Translations under genes and position numbers: made by a program | Notes under the pieces: generated by a model | What the model saw: only the letters and a program-made list of their open reading frames with translations | Told to the model about the DNA's origin: nothing | The model's database searches: none | From: a virus | Taxonomy: Duplodnaviria > Caudoviricetes | IMG/VR virus record: IMGVR_UViG_3300028888_000002 | Reading direction: 5' to 3' (one strand) | DNA: 64,000 bases | Shown here: positions 28,270-37,051 of the stretch, in pieces | How positions within the stretch are numbered: the stretch's first letter is position 1 | Layout: each line of letters begins with the position of its first letter

Positions 28270-28960
28270 TCGCCCCGCCACGCCCCCAGGAACAGGCTCA
28301 CAGGCTCACAACAGCCCCCTAGCCTATCAATCCTACCAGGTAACAGATTACCTGCCCACAAGCCCCGCCACGAACACAGGCAGGGGCTTCGTCATACAAA
28401 CACACCGCAGGCACAAAACGCACGGACACAAAAACGCCACACAAACAAAAATCCCCAAAATCCCATAAACCTACAACAACACCAATACAGGCAACACACG
28501 TATAGCCGATACCAATACACACCTATACGCTCTATACCATATACGTGCCACTCACGCATTAGCCCGCACATTCCCCCTATATCACCTATACACACCTGCG
28601 TAACTCCCTATATGTCCCTGGCTCACTGTTCCCTGGCTCCACATTCTACCCTAGCTGCTCGCCTGTGCCCCTACACGGAAGCCCGTCCGCTACCCCTGGT
28701 CCGTCACCTTTCTATGACAACTGTCACCCTTTTACGACACGCCCCCTGGCTCTTATACGGCTCTTACGGACCCGCTTACAGTCACGATACACGCCCGCAG
28801 GAAGGCTCATAGCCCCCGCTTACAGAGGGGCGGGTGGGGCAATTATGTCAATTAGTAGAACTATATCAATTATATCAATTAGCATAATCCAAAAGAATAA
28901 TCTATATTGTTGGCGTAAGGTAAAGTGTTATATAGACCTAAAAACCCCCGCCCCCGAAGC
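28270..28960. other. non-coding G-poor tract ending in a GC-bounded AT-rich segment (origin- or terminus-like)
   Basis: No credible ORF; extreme C/A bias; short tandem duplications; TATATCAAT repeats at 28862-28879. Confidence 0.55.
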
Positions 28961-29062
28961 CCTGCTGTCGGAGCGGACAAGTTAAGCACCCCTGTTCGGG
29001 TGAGTCCATACAACTTAACGTGTATGGCATAGGACCCGTGCATACAAATGAACTGACAAGAT

Positions 29063-29371
29063 ATGACAAATCAAATTAGCACCACTGACCTGCTCGCACT
29101 CGCACTTGTGCGTAGCGGGCTGCACACGCTCCCGCTAGAAAGCATACACCGCTACGGCTTACGGCTTGTCACGAAGTTGGGACAGGACACGGGCGAACGT
29201 TGGACGCTTCTGTGGGGACGAAGATACCTGGAAGCCGTGACCGCCCTGTTCGTGCAGGTGGACGACGAAGTAGCCGAACTGCAAGTGGACACGGATTCCC
29301 TGGGCAAAGCGTTGGACGGGATAGACGGAAAGGTGATTAGTGCAGCGGAGGAATTGGAATGGGTGGAATGA
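29063..29371 (+). CDS. hypothetical protein
   Basis: 102-aa ORF, ATGA-coupled to the next gene. Confidence 0.6.
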   Translation: MTNQISTTDLLALALVRSGLHTLPLESIHRYGLRLVTKLGQDTGERWTLLWGRRYLEAVTALFVQVDDEVAELQVDTDSLGKALDGIDGKVISAAEELEWVE

Positions 29372-29544
29372 TTACGATAGCGTTCGTGGCTGCTTTCCTA
29401 TATGCGGGGAAGCGACTTTTCAGCGTCAAGGATTGGGGCGAGCAGCCCAGGACCCGCACACGCATAAACGGTGTGGACGTTGGGGCGTATAGGCGTTTCC
29501 ACGAACGCCACTGCGGACCTGCGACGAACGTCCCGATGGATTAG
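29368..29544 (+). CDS. small membrane protein
   Basis: Hydrophobic N-terminus. Confidence 0.5.
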   Translation: MITIAFVAAFLYAGKRLFSVKDWGEQPRTRTRINGVDVGAYRRFHERHCGPATNVPMD

Positions 29545-29733
29545 CCTATCTGCGAGAGTAGAAAAGGTTCCTGGTGCCGTCTGTAATCGCAGGCGACACT
29601 TGCATCGCCCGCATTTCTTTGCGGGACTGACTTGCTACGGCAAGCCTGGGCACCCCTGCTAGTGGGGGTGCCCGAATTGTATGCGTGGAGCCAGGGGACG
29701 AAAAAACCGACCGAGGGTTCGGTCGGGAAGCGT

Positions 29734-29778
29734 GGTGAAATAGCTATCTTTTACGAAGTAAAAGATAGCTATTTCACC
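29734..29778. repeat. perfect 21-bp inverted repeat with GAA loop
   Basis: GGTGAAATAGCTATCTTTTAC-GAA-GTAAAAGATAGCTATTTCACC. Confidence 0.95.
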
Positions 29779-29847
29779 CTCCCCTGGCAAGGGGTCCCTT
29801 TGTTACTTTTTTCTTACATTTCTTATCGTAGCTTCGCAGCTACAATA

Positions 29848-30072
29848 AGAAAGGCACCCCAGGACTTATGGCGAATCCTGGGGTGCCCCTGGGCGAACGT
29901 GATTAGCTACTCACGACCGCCCGTGTGTTTGAACGCATCGCTGCGTCCCTGCTCTACACCGCCACTTGTGTGACAGCGGACCCGCCCTACGCTGCGGAAG
30001 GCTATTTCAGCGTCACCGCATTCCTGCGGGAGTGGCTCGCCTAGTTTACGTTTATGCCGTCGCATACCGTCA
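29848..30072 (-). ncRNA. candidate ~225-nt structured RNA (or leaderless 52-aa ORF)
   Basis: Promoter TTGACG-17-TACTAT at 30107-30079; terminator GGCACCCCAGGA/TCCTGGGGTGCC-TTTCTT; several hairpins, no RBS. Confidence 0.5.
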
Positions 30073-30390
30073 GCACCAATAGTAACAAATTACCTGGCTC
30101 CCGTCAAGGCGAAAGCGGGTCCGTGTTCTCAAATTCTAACTTGTATGCACTAATCACGCTTTGTCGGTAATTTCTTACTTTGTATAGGTATCTTGTTATA
30201 TAGAACCAAAAGGGTCGTTTTTCGCCTATAGCGGGAAACGCAAATTCGCAATCGCTCCCCGATTTGTTAGCTTGTCCGTGTTCTCAAAAAATACGCCCCG
30301 CATACGGAAAGCCCCGCAGGACCAATCCCACGGGGCTTGTAAGAAGGAGAAAATAGGGCGGGGCAAACGACCGCCCGCTATCCAATATAG

Positions 30391-30594
30391 CTAAAATCCC
30401 CACGCCCAACGGGTCCACACTATACCGAACCAACCCGTATAGAGTATCACTCCGAGCATAGAGAAGAACCACAGCAGCTTTACCAGGCACCCGCATTCCA
30501 GGGTCCTGTCGCCCACGCTGTCTAGCCAAAAGCCGAACACTATCACGGCAGCAGCCAATATACGGTATTCCAGGGCGGGGCAACCGTCCCACAT
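30391..30594 (-). CDS. small 2-TM membrane protein
   Basis: GGAGG RBS; hydrophobic. Confidence 0.6.
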   Translation of the reverse strand: MWDGCPALEYRILAAAVIVFGFWLDSVGDRTLECGCLVKLLWFFSMLGVILYTGWFGIVWTRWAWGF

Positions 30595-30595
30595 A

Positions 30596-30784
30596 CTAGC
30601 ACCCTCCCCCACACCACTGCGACAGGAACCATACGAAATACCCTGCACCTGCGAGCATCACGCAGGCATACAGGGCGAACCACCACCCGCCCTTGTCCAT
30701 AACCTTTTGGTCGTAGCCCGTCCTGGACAGCCAAAAGAGCATAGGAACGTCCATACAGAACAACACAAGCTGCCATTCTTCCAT
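30596..30784 (-). CDS. small 2-TM membrane protein
   Basis: GGAGG RBS; hydrophobic. Confidence 0.6.
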   Translation of the reverse strand: MEEWQLVLFCMDVPMLFWLSRTGYDQKVMDKGGWWFALYACVMLAGAGYFVWFLSQWCGGGC

Positions 30785-30785
30785 A

Positions 30786-30938
30786 TCAAGCCTCCTTTCG
30801 CTTGTCGTTCTCACGCTTCCCAGGGAATGCGTCTAGCCCGTAGTGGAACTTGTAATAAAGGTCCATTCCGCACTTCGGGCACACGCAGTCGTAGCTGTGC
30901 AGGTCTTTGTAGTCGCACTTCTCATTTAGACACTTCAT
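30786..30938 (-). CDS. small zinc-ribbon protein
   Basis: MKCLNEKC...CPKCG. Confidence 0.6.
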   Translation of the reverse strand: MKCLNEKCDYKDLHSYDCVCPKCGMDLYYKFHYGLDAFPGKRENDKRKEA

Positions 30939-31128
30939 TGTCGCCCCCACGCTTACGCAGTATTCGGCAAAGCATTTCGTTGTCGCCCCGCAGTCTGTCG
31001 TTCTCACGTTCCAGGTCCCGCAGCTTCCAACGGTAGTTCCTGTAGGCATACAGGTAGCCCAGGGCGAACAGCAGGATTACGGAGCAGCCATATTGCCAAT
31101 TATCAAAAAGCAGGTCCCACAGCGTCAT
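30922..31128 (-). CDS. small TM plus coiled-coil protein
   Basis: GGAGG RBS; ATGA overlap. Confidence 0.65.
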   Translation of the reverse strand: MTLWDLLFDNWQYGCSVILLFALGYLYAYRNYRWKLRDLERENDRLRGDNEMLCRILRKRGGDNEVSK

Positions 31129-31373
31129 TCGGCAGCTACCTCCTTGACTAGCTCAAAACGGTATTCCTGGTCCGCATTCGGGTATTTCGCCCTGTCAACT
31201 TTGGAAGCGAACATATCGTAGGGACGCACGTAAAATTCGTGGTCCCCGTAGCACTGCTTATACACCACCAGGCGTTCCCCCGTTTCGGAGTGCGTGGCGA
31301 TGCACAGGACGAAGTATAGCTTCCCCTTGAAGTGTCGGTAGTATCGGTTTGTCAGTATCGTTCTTTCGGGCAT
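31125..31373 (-). CDS. DUF1653-family protein
   Basis: YRHFKG...ATHSETGERLVVY...VRPYDMF...YRFE. Confidence 0.9.
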   Translation of the reverse strand: MPERTILTNRYYRHFKGKLYFVLCIATHSETGERLVVYKQCYGDHEFYVRPYDMFASKVDRAKYPNADQEYRFELVKEVAAE

Positions 31374-31549
31374 AGTTCCTCCAGGCTTACAGGTTCAAAT
31401 TTCATTACGGGTTTCTCTAATCCGAACGCACGGGCGAGCAGGTCAGCCATCACCAGGCTTGTCTTACCCACTAGCGGATAGCCACTTTCGGGCGGGGGCG
31501 TGTTCGGAGCGTAGCGAACAGGCGTTTTTCGGGTGTCAATCTTTGTCAT
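31352..31549 (-). CDS. hypothetical protein
   Basis: AGGA RBS. Confidence 0.55.
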   Translation of the reverse strand: MTKIDTRKTPVRYAPNTPPPESGYPLVGKTSLVMADLLARAFGLEKPVMKFEPVSLEELCPKERY

Positions 31550-31750
31550 ATTCCTGGTAATTCCTTATATTCATAGTTTGTGTGTAAAATCGGTAGGTAG
31601 AGTTTTTAATTTGTATGCAAGGGCAGGCGGGGCGGGGGGCGTTGTTCGCCTGCCATAAATATAACAAAATATCTAATACAATACCACGCCCCCCGTTAGA
31701 AAAATCCGCAGCGTATCGGAAGTGGATATAACACTTTACCTGGTGCAGTG

Positions 31751-32017
31751 CTACTTGAACCCGCAGATACGTTTTATAAGGGACTTGCAGTCGTCTGTGC
31801 AGGCGTAGTAGCAGCAACCCCCTACCAGGTTGGGATTAGAGCCGTGGTTTTCCATAAGCCCCTTTGTGACAAGCCCCTCGCATACCACGCCATCGTTTGA
31901 CGTGGGTTGGGTGCAGAAGTGGTTACGGAAGGCGACCTTTCCGTAATCGTAGCCTAGCGTATGTTTGATAATGTCAATTTCGGCTAGGGATAGTTGAATG
32001 TGGTCCAGGTCTAGCAT
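31751..32017 (-). CDS. hypothetical phage protein (HTLG...FRNHFC...LVTKGLM)
   Basis: ORF downstream of an extended -10 site at ~32045. Confidence 0.7.
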   Translation of the reverse strand: MLDLDHIQLSLAEIDIIKHTLGYDYGKVAFRNHFCTQPTSNDGVVCEGLVTKGLMENHGSNPNLVGGCCYYACTDDCKSLIKRICGFK

Positions 32018-32201
32018 AGGCGGTTGAGCGGGGGTTGCAGGTGGAATATAACAGGTTATCCAATACACGGGTTACACGGGCACGGGTTACGCCAAAGCAG
32101 CAGGCTGCACAGCAGAAAGCTACACGGCAGCAGGCTACCCGCCACGGCTCGCAAGAACGGCAGGGACCTGGGGTGGATATAACAGTTTACCTGTGGCATA
32201 G

Positions 32202-32462
32202 TCATAGATACCAACTTACCTTGAACGCCTGGGCGTTAAAGAACAGGAAAGAACCGTAGGCGACCTTCCAAAAGTCGGCAGGGATTTCCTTGACGAACGC
32301 ACCCTTGCCGTCGTAGGCGTGTATAGCGTATTCGTCGGGTTGTTTCTTGACTACTTCGTAAAGGTAGTGGTCCACGTCTTCCCGTGCGAAGAAACGGCTA
32401 CGCCATACATCGGAGTAGTAGGCGTGGCTGATTAGGTCGGTTCCATAGCAACAGTCTATCAT
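32202..32462 (-). CDS. hypothetical protein
   Basis: Tiled ORF; start uncertain. Confidence 0.55.
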   Translation of the reverse strand: MIDCCYGTDLISHAYYSDVWRSRFFAREDVDHYLYEVVKKQPDEYAIHAYDGKGAFVKEIPADFWKVAYGSFLFFNAQAFKVSWYL

Positions 32463-32494
32463 AGCGATACGGGGTCCTGGGGTGAACAGGTTAT

Positions 32495-32701
32495 CTAGTA
32501 AAGGGCACAGTCCACGGGCGACGTGTCGTCCTGGGTCCAGGGGACAAGCCACCCGTCGGGACCTGTGACATACTTGACAGCGGGTGTGAGTTTCGGGAAG
32601 TAGTCCCACCTGCCGTTGTAGAACCGCCATTCGGTCTGTGGCGGGTCGGGGGTTTCAAAGTTTGGGTCCTGGTGGACGGACCCTGGGTCCCAATCGCCCA
32701 T
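32495..32701 (-). CDS. hypothetical protein
   Basis: AAGGA RBS. Confidence 0.65.
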   Translation of the reverse strand: MGDWDPGSVHQDPNFETPDPPQTEWRFYNGRWDYFPKLTPAVKYVTGPDGWLVPWTQDDTSPVDCALY

Positions 32702-32751
32702 AGTGTAGTTTCCTTGTAATGGTGACAGTGTGTCGGGGTGAATATAACAGT

Positions 32752-33141
32752 TTACCTGCGGTATTGGGCAAGGTAGGTTGAGTTGATGGCTTGTTCCAGG
32801 GTTTGCCAACGTGAGTATTTGGCTTCGGGAATGGTTACGGCAAATGCGTTGGCAAGGACGGTGGCGAGTTCGCCAGGTGTAATGGGAAATTCGGACAGGC
32901 GAGAGTTTGGACCTATTCCCTCGGTTGAGCGTAGGAAGCGGTCGGCAAGGTAGTCTGTGACGTAGTGCGTGATTTCGCAGCCGTCGGCTACGATTAGCTT
33001 GTCCTGTATATGGTCCTTGCAGCAGTGGAACGATGCAGGGGACCAGGTAGCCTGGAAGCCCGTATGCTTGCAGACGACGAGTGGCGTGTAGCCGTCGTGG
33101 TTGTAGTCAAGTTTGGCGTATATGCAGTCAAGGCAGTTCAT
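32752..33141 (-). CDS. Cys-rich N-terminus fused to a degenerate ACP-like domain
   Basis: IGPNSRLSEF...LANAFAVTIPEAKYSRWQTLEQAIN resembles ACP helices but lacks the DSL Ser. Confidence 0.55.
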   Translation of the reverse strand: MNCLDCIYAKLDYNHDGYTPLVVCKHTGFQATWSPASFHCCKDHIQDKLIVADGCEITHYVTDYLADRFLRSTEGIGPNSRLSEFPITPGELATVLANAFAVTIPEAKYSRWQTLEQAINSTYLAQYRR

Positions 33142-33277
33142 AGGTTTAGCAGTCGGTATGCGAAGTAGATTGAAGCGGACAGGAACAGAAGCAGGAACAG
33201 GGCTGCGGGAGTTACGCAGCAGGCGTAGAAGCGACGCAGGTGTTTCCGCTCCCATCCGTCCAGGTTGTTGTCGGTGG

Positions 33278-33544
33278 TCATTTGAGCCATTCGGGTTTGG
33301 GGAAGTGCGACGAATAGGTGATTTCGTCTGTTTCGGTGGTTTCAACTTCGTGTGCGTCGTCCCAATAGGTCCGCAGGTCGGTTCCCGTGGGCAGGTAGCA
33401 GACGATAATCGCAGCGGTGAAATTGTGGTCTTCGTCCTGGGTGTAGCCCGTAATCCAATAGGGGCATTGGATAGGCTTGAGCGATTGGAGCGGGCGGGGG
33501 TCGTCCACGGATTTGGTCTTGAAGCGGTAGCGTGTGTAGGACAT
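33278..33544 (-). CDS. hypothetical phage protein (CPYWITG...YWDDA...FPKPEW)
   Basis: CCGAGG RBS after promoter-like site. Confidence 0.75.
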   Translation of the reverse strand: MSYTRYRFKTKSVDDPRPLQSLKPIQCPYWITGYTQDEDHNFTAAIIVCYLPTGTDLRTYWDDAHEVETTETDEITYSSHFPKPEWLK

Positions 33545-33583
33545 AATACCTCGGTATGGTTGAAAGTGAATATAACAAATTAT

Positions 33584-33772
33584 CTACATAGCGTAGGGGA
33601 CGCTTACGATATAGTTTACGCCCTTTTTTGAACGGCAGGTCATAGTGGTGCCGATTGTGATTTGGGTATGTGGGTCGGACCGCATAGCCGTGAGTTCGGT
33701 CCCGTCCGCAAGGCGTATAAGGTAGATATTGTTTTCTTCTTTTACTATGGTTGCTTTAAATGTGGTCCACAT
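33584..33772 (-). CDS. small beta-rich protein, paralog of 34779-34970
   Basis: FKATI...EL.A.RS...TCR...GVNYIV shared. Confidence 0.7.
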   Translation of the reverse strand: MWTTFKATIVKEENNIYLIRLADGTELTAMRSDPHTQITIGTTMTCRSKKGVNYIVSVPYAM

Positions 33773-33792
33773 AAGTAGGTGTTCCTAGATTT

Positions 33793-34161
33793 TTAATGGT
33801 TTATGCAGCAGGGGGCGTTGTCAAGTTGGGGGAACCCACCGCAGTAGAACGGTCGGTGCAGCCCTGCCTGTTCTTCCACCCACCGTTCAAAGAACAGGGT
33901 GTTGTTCGGGAAGCGGTATGGTTGCCAATCGGGATAGTCGCCCGTTTCGTTCGGGTGGACGTATGGGTTCTTGTCGGACTTGCTCAACAGTGCATACTTG
34001 CTGTGCGGTCCGAGGTTGTAGAACGACACCTTTTTAAGCCCCCAGGTTTCTTCGGGCGTGTTCCAGGGATATACCCAGGTTTCGGTCCCGTCTTCGGACT
34101 TGAAGAACTTTATGCCTGGGTAGTGCTTCGCCAGGATAAACTTGAACACTTCTTCGGTCAT
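33793..34161 (-). CDS. hypothetical protein
   Basis: ATGA overlap. Confidence 0.7.
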   Translation of the reverse strand: MTEEVFKFILAKHYPGIKFFKSEDGTETWVYPWNTPEETWGLKKVSFYNLGPHSKYALLSKSDKNPYVHPNETGDYPDWQPYRFPNNTLFFERWVEEQAGLHRPFYCGGFPQLDNAPCCINH

Positions 34162-34508
34162 TCGTCGGCTCCCTGGAAGCAGGACGGTATCGGGTCGTCA
34201 ATGTAGTTGGCTGAAAAGTCGGGCTGCGGTGGTCCGAACTGTTCCACGATACGGGACACTTCGGCTTTGGCGATTTCGTCGGACATTTCCGTGCTTTCGT
34301 CGTAGCGGGCTACGATTAACCCGTTGTAGCGGATAAAGGCGAGCATACCGTAGTCTTCAACCAACGTCCCACGGGGACGGCAGAACTTCGCTTGATGCAG
34401 GGTCGTATAGGATTCAATGAACGTCCCCAGGGGGCACGTTTCTTTGGTGAGGTTGAATTTGGCTAGAAGCAGGTCCAGGACCTTGAGGGCTTTTTCGTTC
34501 GGGGTCAT
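34158..34508 (-). CDS. hypothetical protein
   Basis: AAAGGA RBS. Confidence 0.7.
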   Translation of the reverse strand: MTPNEKALKVLDLLLAKFNLTKETCPLGTFIESYTTLHQAKFCRPRGTLVEDYGMLAFIRYNGLIVARYDESTEMSDEIAKAEVSRIVEQFGPPQPDFSANYIDDPIPSCFQGADE

Positions 34509-34777
34509 ACGTTTTCCTTTTGTTCGGGTTCGTCGTCATACGGTGGGTTCGGGTGTTCTTCGCACCATTTGGCGAAGTCGCCCATTTGCTGCACGATAAC
34601 CTTTTCGGCTTCTTCACGTTCCCGTATGAACCTTTGAAGACCACGTTGGTTAAACCTGCACCCAAGTTCGCCTTTGGCGTTTTCGTAGATATAGTCTTCG
34701 TCATCCCCGAACAGCTTGCAGGTCGGGTAGTGTTCCTGGTAATCGTAATCTTCGTAGGGGCAGTTCTTACAACGCAT
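34505..34777 (-). CDS. Cys-rich hypothetical protein
   Basis: Tiled ORF. Confidence 0.7.
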   Translation of the reverse strand: MRCKNCPYEDYDYQEHYPTCKLFGDDEDYIYENAKGELGCRFNQRGLQRFIREREEAEKVIVQQMGDFAKWCEEHPNPPYDDEPEQKENV

Positions 34778-34778
34778 A

Positions 34779-34970
34779 TTACGGCTTCGTTACAATGTAG
34801 TTTATGCCGTTGTCGCAACGGCAGGTGACGTAATCCCCCGTGTTGAGTTCCATATTGGCTGCGGGGTCGTATTTGGAGCGTCGGGCGATTAGCTCTATGG
34901 AGCCTGCTTCTACCAGGAACAGGTCCCCGTCCGAATAGCGGATTAGTGCTTTGAATGAAGTTGAAGTCAT
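34779..34970 (-). CDS. small protein, probably leaderless, paralog of 33584-33772
   Basis: ATG lies about 5 nt downstream of the TATATT -10. Confidence 0.7.
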   Translation of the reverse strand: MTSTSFKALIRYSDGDLFLVEAGSIELIARRSKYDPAANMELNTGDYVTCRCDNGINYIVTKP

Positions 34971-35026
34971 AGACGAATATAACAGTTTACCTTGTTAGGG
35001 GCTAAAAAATTTTTTTGGGCTACCTG

Positions 35027-35311
35027 TTACGGTAGGTTCTTTTCAATGTAGTAGTTCCCGTTATGCTGCACGAACCCGTCGGGGCAGGTCAGTTTCCAGG
35101 ATTTGTCGCTGCCGAACAAGTCGGTGAAACGGTCCAACTTGCAGCCGTGGTGCTTGCCGTCCTCTGTCGTATAGGTCGTCGGCTGTTCGGGTCCGTCACC
35201 CTGGGTTTGTTTGCGGAGCATAATCATCGGGACTACGCAGATGCTCCAAAACAGGACCACGGCAACCGTAATCGCTGTGGTGATTATAATTCGTTTCCAA
35301 TCTAGTTTCAT
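35027..35311 (-). CDS. membrane-anchored protein
   Basis: N-terminal TM. Confidence 0.7.
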   Translation of the reverse strand: MKLDWKRIIITTAITVAVVLFWSICVVPMIMLRKQTQGDGPEQPTTYTTEDGKHHGCKLDRFTDLFGSDKSWKLTCPDGFVQHNGNYYIEKNLP

Positions 35312-35333
35312 AGGTGTGTTCCACGGTTATGGG

Positions 35334-35870
35334 TTAATAGCCTTTGCCACCGTGCTTGTCGGCTTCGGGGTTGGAAGTCACCCACCCCGTATGGTTGCAG
35401 TGCAGAAGTTCACGGCAGTCAAAGCAGATTTTGTGGTTCGGGTCCACGGGCGTGGCGTATGCCCCAGGCTTCCCGCAGACTTCGCAGATTGTCTTATTTT
35501 CTTCGGGTTCGGGTAGTTCCGCTATCGCAAGGTTTATACTTCCTTGCGTAAGGTCCACGGTTTTTGAACCATACACGTCGTTGCGGGAAATCGTGATTTT
35601 GTCCGTTTCGCTAGTCTGCTCATACAGCTTTGCGACGTAATTGTAGCGTATGGGGCTGTCGCACATTTGGACGTAGCCCGTGATTTCCCAATTATGGTCG
35701 GGGGTCATAGTGAACGTCGGGGGGCTAGACATAACGCTTTGTTTTACCAATATACCCCTCGCCACCATATCACGGATTTTGTTTCCTAGATACGTGACGG
35801 CAAAATCCGCACGTTCCATAAGTTCTTGCAGGTCGTAGGCTTCGGGGCACTTGTCGTAGTCTATTGTCAT
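35334..35870 (-). CDS. hypothetical protein with C-terminal CxxC...CxxC
   Basis: 178-aa ORF. Confidence 0.75.
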   Translation of the reverse strand: MTIDYDKCPEAYDLQELMERADFAVTYLGNKIRDMVARGILVKQSVMSSPPTFTMTPDHNWEITGYVQMCDSPIRYNYVAKLYEQTSETDKITISRNDVYGSKTVDLTQGSINLAIAELPEPEENKTICEVCGKPGAYATPVDPNHKICFDCRELLHCNHTGWVTSNPEADKHGGKGY

Positions 35871-36103
35871 ATAAAAACCAACGGGGTTAAAGGTGAATAT
35901 AACAGTTTACCTAGTATTCGGTGGAAACATAGAAGTCTTGACCGCATTCGGAGCAGTGGACCTCGTATTCTGCGGGCGTGTCGTCGGTAGCGGGGCGTGT
36001 GCAGTCGCTTTTCCAAACGGTGCAGGTCTTACCGCAGCACGGACACCACGCTTCCATATCTTCCTCGTTAAGGTGTGATACCATACTCATAGAAAGCAGC
36101 CTC

Positions 36104-36604
36104 CTAGTGCAGCATCTTGTCCAATTTGAGCAGGAACGCTATGCCCTGCGTGAGTTCCATTTCGCAGAAGAAATTCAGCAGATATTCCTTGTTGTATTCA
36201 AGGAACCCTGCTATGGGCTTTGCGTGGGCGAACACTTTGGGACAGAACGACGGGAATGCCATTTGTTCGTAGTCTAGCTTCTTTGACCGTTCGCTGCCTG
36301 CAACTATCGTTTCTGCGGGCAGGTATCGGTTGAGCCAGGTAAAGGCGTAGCGGATAGCCTGTTGGACGTGTTCTTCCTTGACGTATTTCCAGGTTATGTA
36401 TTGTCCTAGACCTAGCGTAAGGGTCACGTCGTCGGCTATGGTGCATTCTATATGCTGATGGTCGGGGCTGTATTCTTCCTTGACTATAAGACGGGCTACC
36501 GTCCCGCCATCTTCGGAACGTTCGTCCGCTTTCAGCACGACGCAGTTGGGGTATTCAGCCTGGATTTTGTGGAAAAATGTGAATAGGTCAATGGTATCGC
36601 CCAT
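36104..36604 (-). CDS. hypothetical protein
   Basis: GAGGA RBS. Confidence 0.75.
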   Translation of the reverse strand: MGDTIDLFTFFHKIQAEYPNCVVLKADERSEDGGTVARLIVKEEYSPDHQHIECTIADDVTLTLGLGQYITWKYVKEEHVQQAIRYAFTWLNRYLPAETIVAGSERSKKLDYEQMAFPSFCPKVFAHAKPIAGFLEYNKEYLLNFFCEMELTQGIAFLLKLDKMLH

Positions 36605-36607
36605 AGG

Positions 36608-36847
36608 TTATTCCTCGGTTTTAATGTCTTCGTCGGGATAGCACCAAAGGTGCGTTGTAAGTAGTTGCCTGTAATGGGACACGGGCAGTTCCCCGTCGCT
36701 TGAATAGATAACACGGTCGTGGAACTTGTGTCGGCTTGCGTGTTTCAGCGGTAGGTCCTTTCGTTTGAGCAGGATAGTTGAATTGTCCTGCGGGACTTCC
36801 TCTTCAAAGCTACGCCAGGTTATTGTGCAGTGTTCGGTCTGTCGCAT
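36608..36847 (-). CDS. hypothetical protein
   Basis: AGGA RBS. Confidence 0.7.
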   Translation of the reverse strand: MRQTEHCTITWRSFEEEVPQDNSTILLKRKDLPLKHASRHKFHDRVIYSSDGELPVSHYRQLLTTHLWCYPDEDIKTEE

Positions 36848-36856
36848 ACGGTGTTC

Positions 36857-37051
36857 CTATGTCAGCAGGACGTGGAATGAACGGATTACGAAATACACCA
36901 GGTAGATTATCGCAGCCAACAGAATGACTACGGCAAGACAGCAGCCACAGCCCTTGTCGTCCACGCACTCCGTATCGGAGCAGCATAAGATAAATACAAG
37001 GATAGCCACAAACGCTGCCGTGGCTAGACCGTATTCAAGGGGCGTAATCAT
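36857..37051 (-). CDS. small 2-TM protein
   Basis: Hydrophobic, Cys-rich loop. Confidence 0.65.
   Translation of the reverse strand: MITPLEYGLATAAFVAILVFILCCSDTECVDDKGCGCCLAVVILLAAIIYLVYFVIRSFHVLLT

Noticed and set aside
28319-28985. Short ORFs in the C/A-rich tract
   Set aside because: Low-complexity translations without RBS; better explained as non-coding skewed DNA.
29734-29778. Protelomerase target site
   Set aside because: It has an asymmetric 3-nt loop rather than a continuous palindrome, and no protelomerase is in the window; kept only as a hairpin.
29848-30077. tmRNA (5' end GGTGCTGA...CGAC resembles ssrA)
   Set aside because: No T-arm or acceptor 3' end and no tag reading frame; too short.
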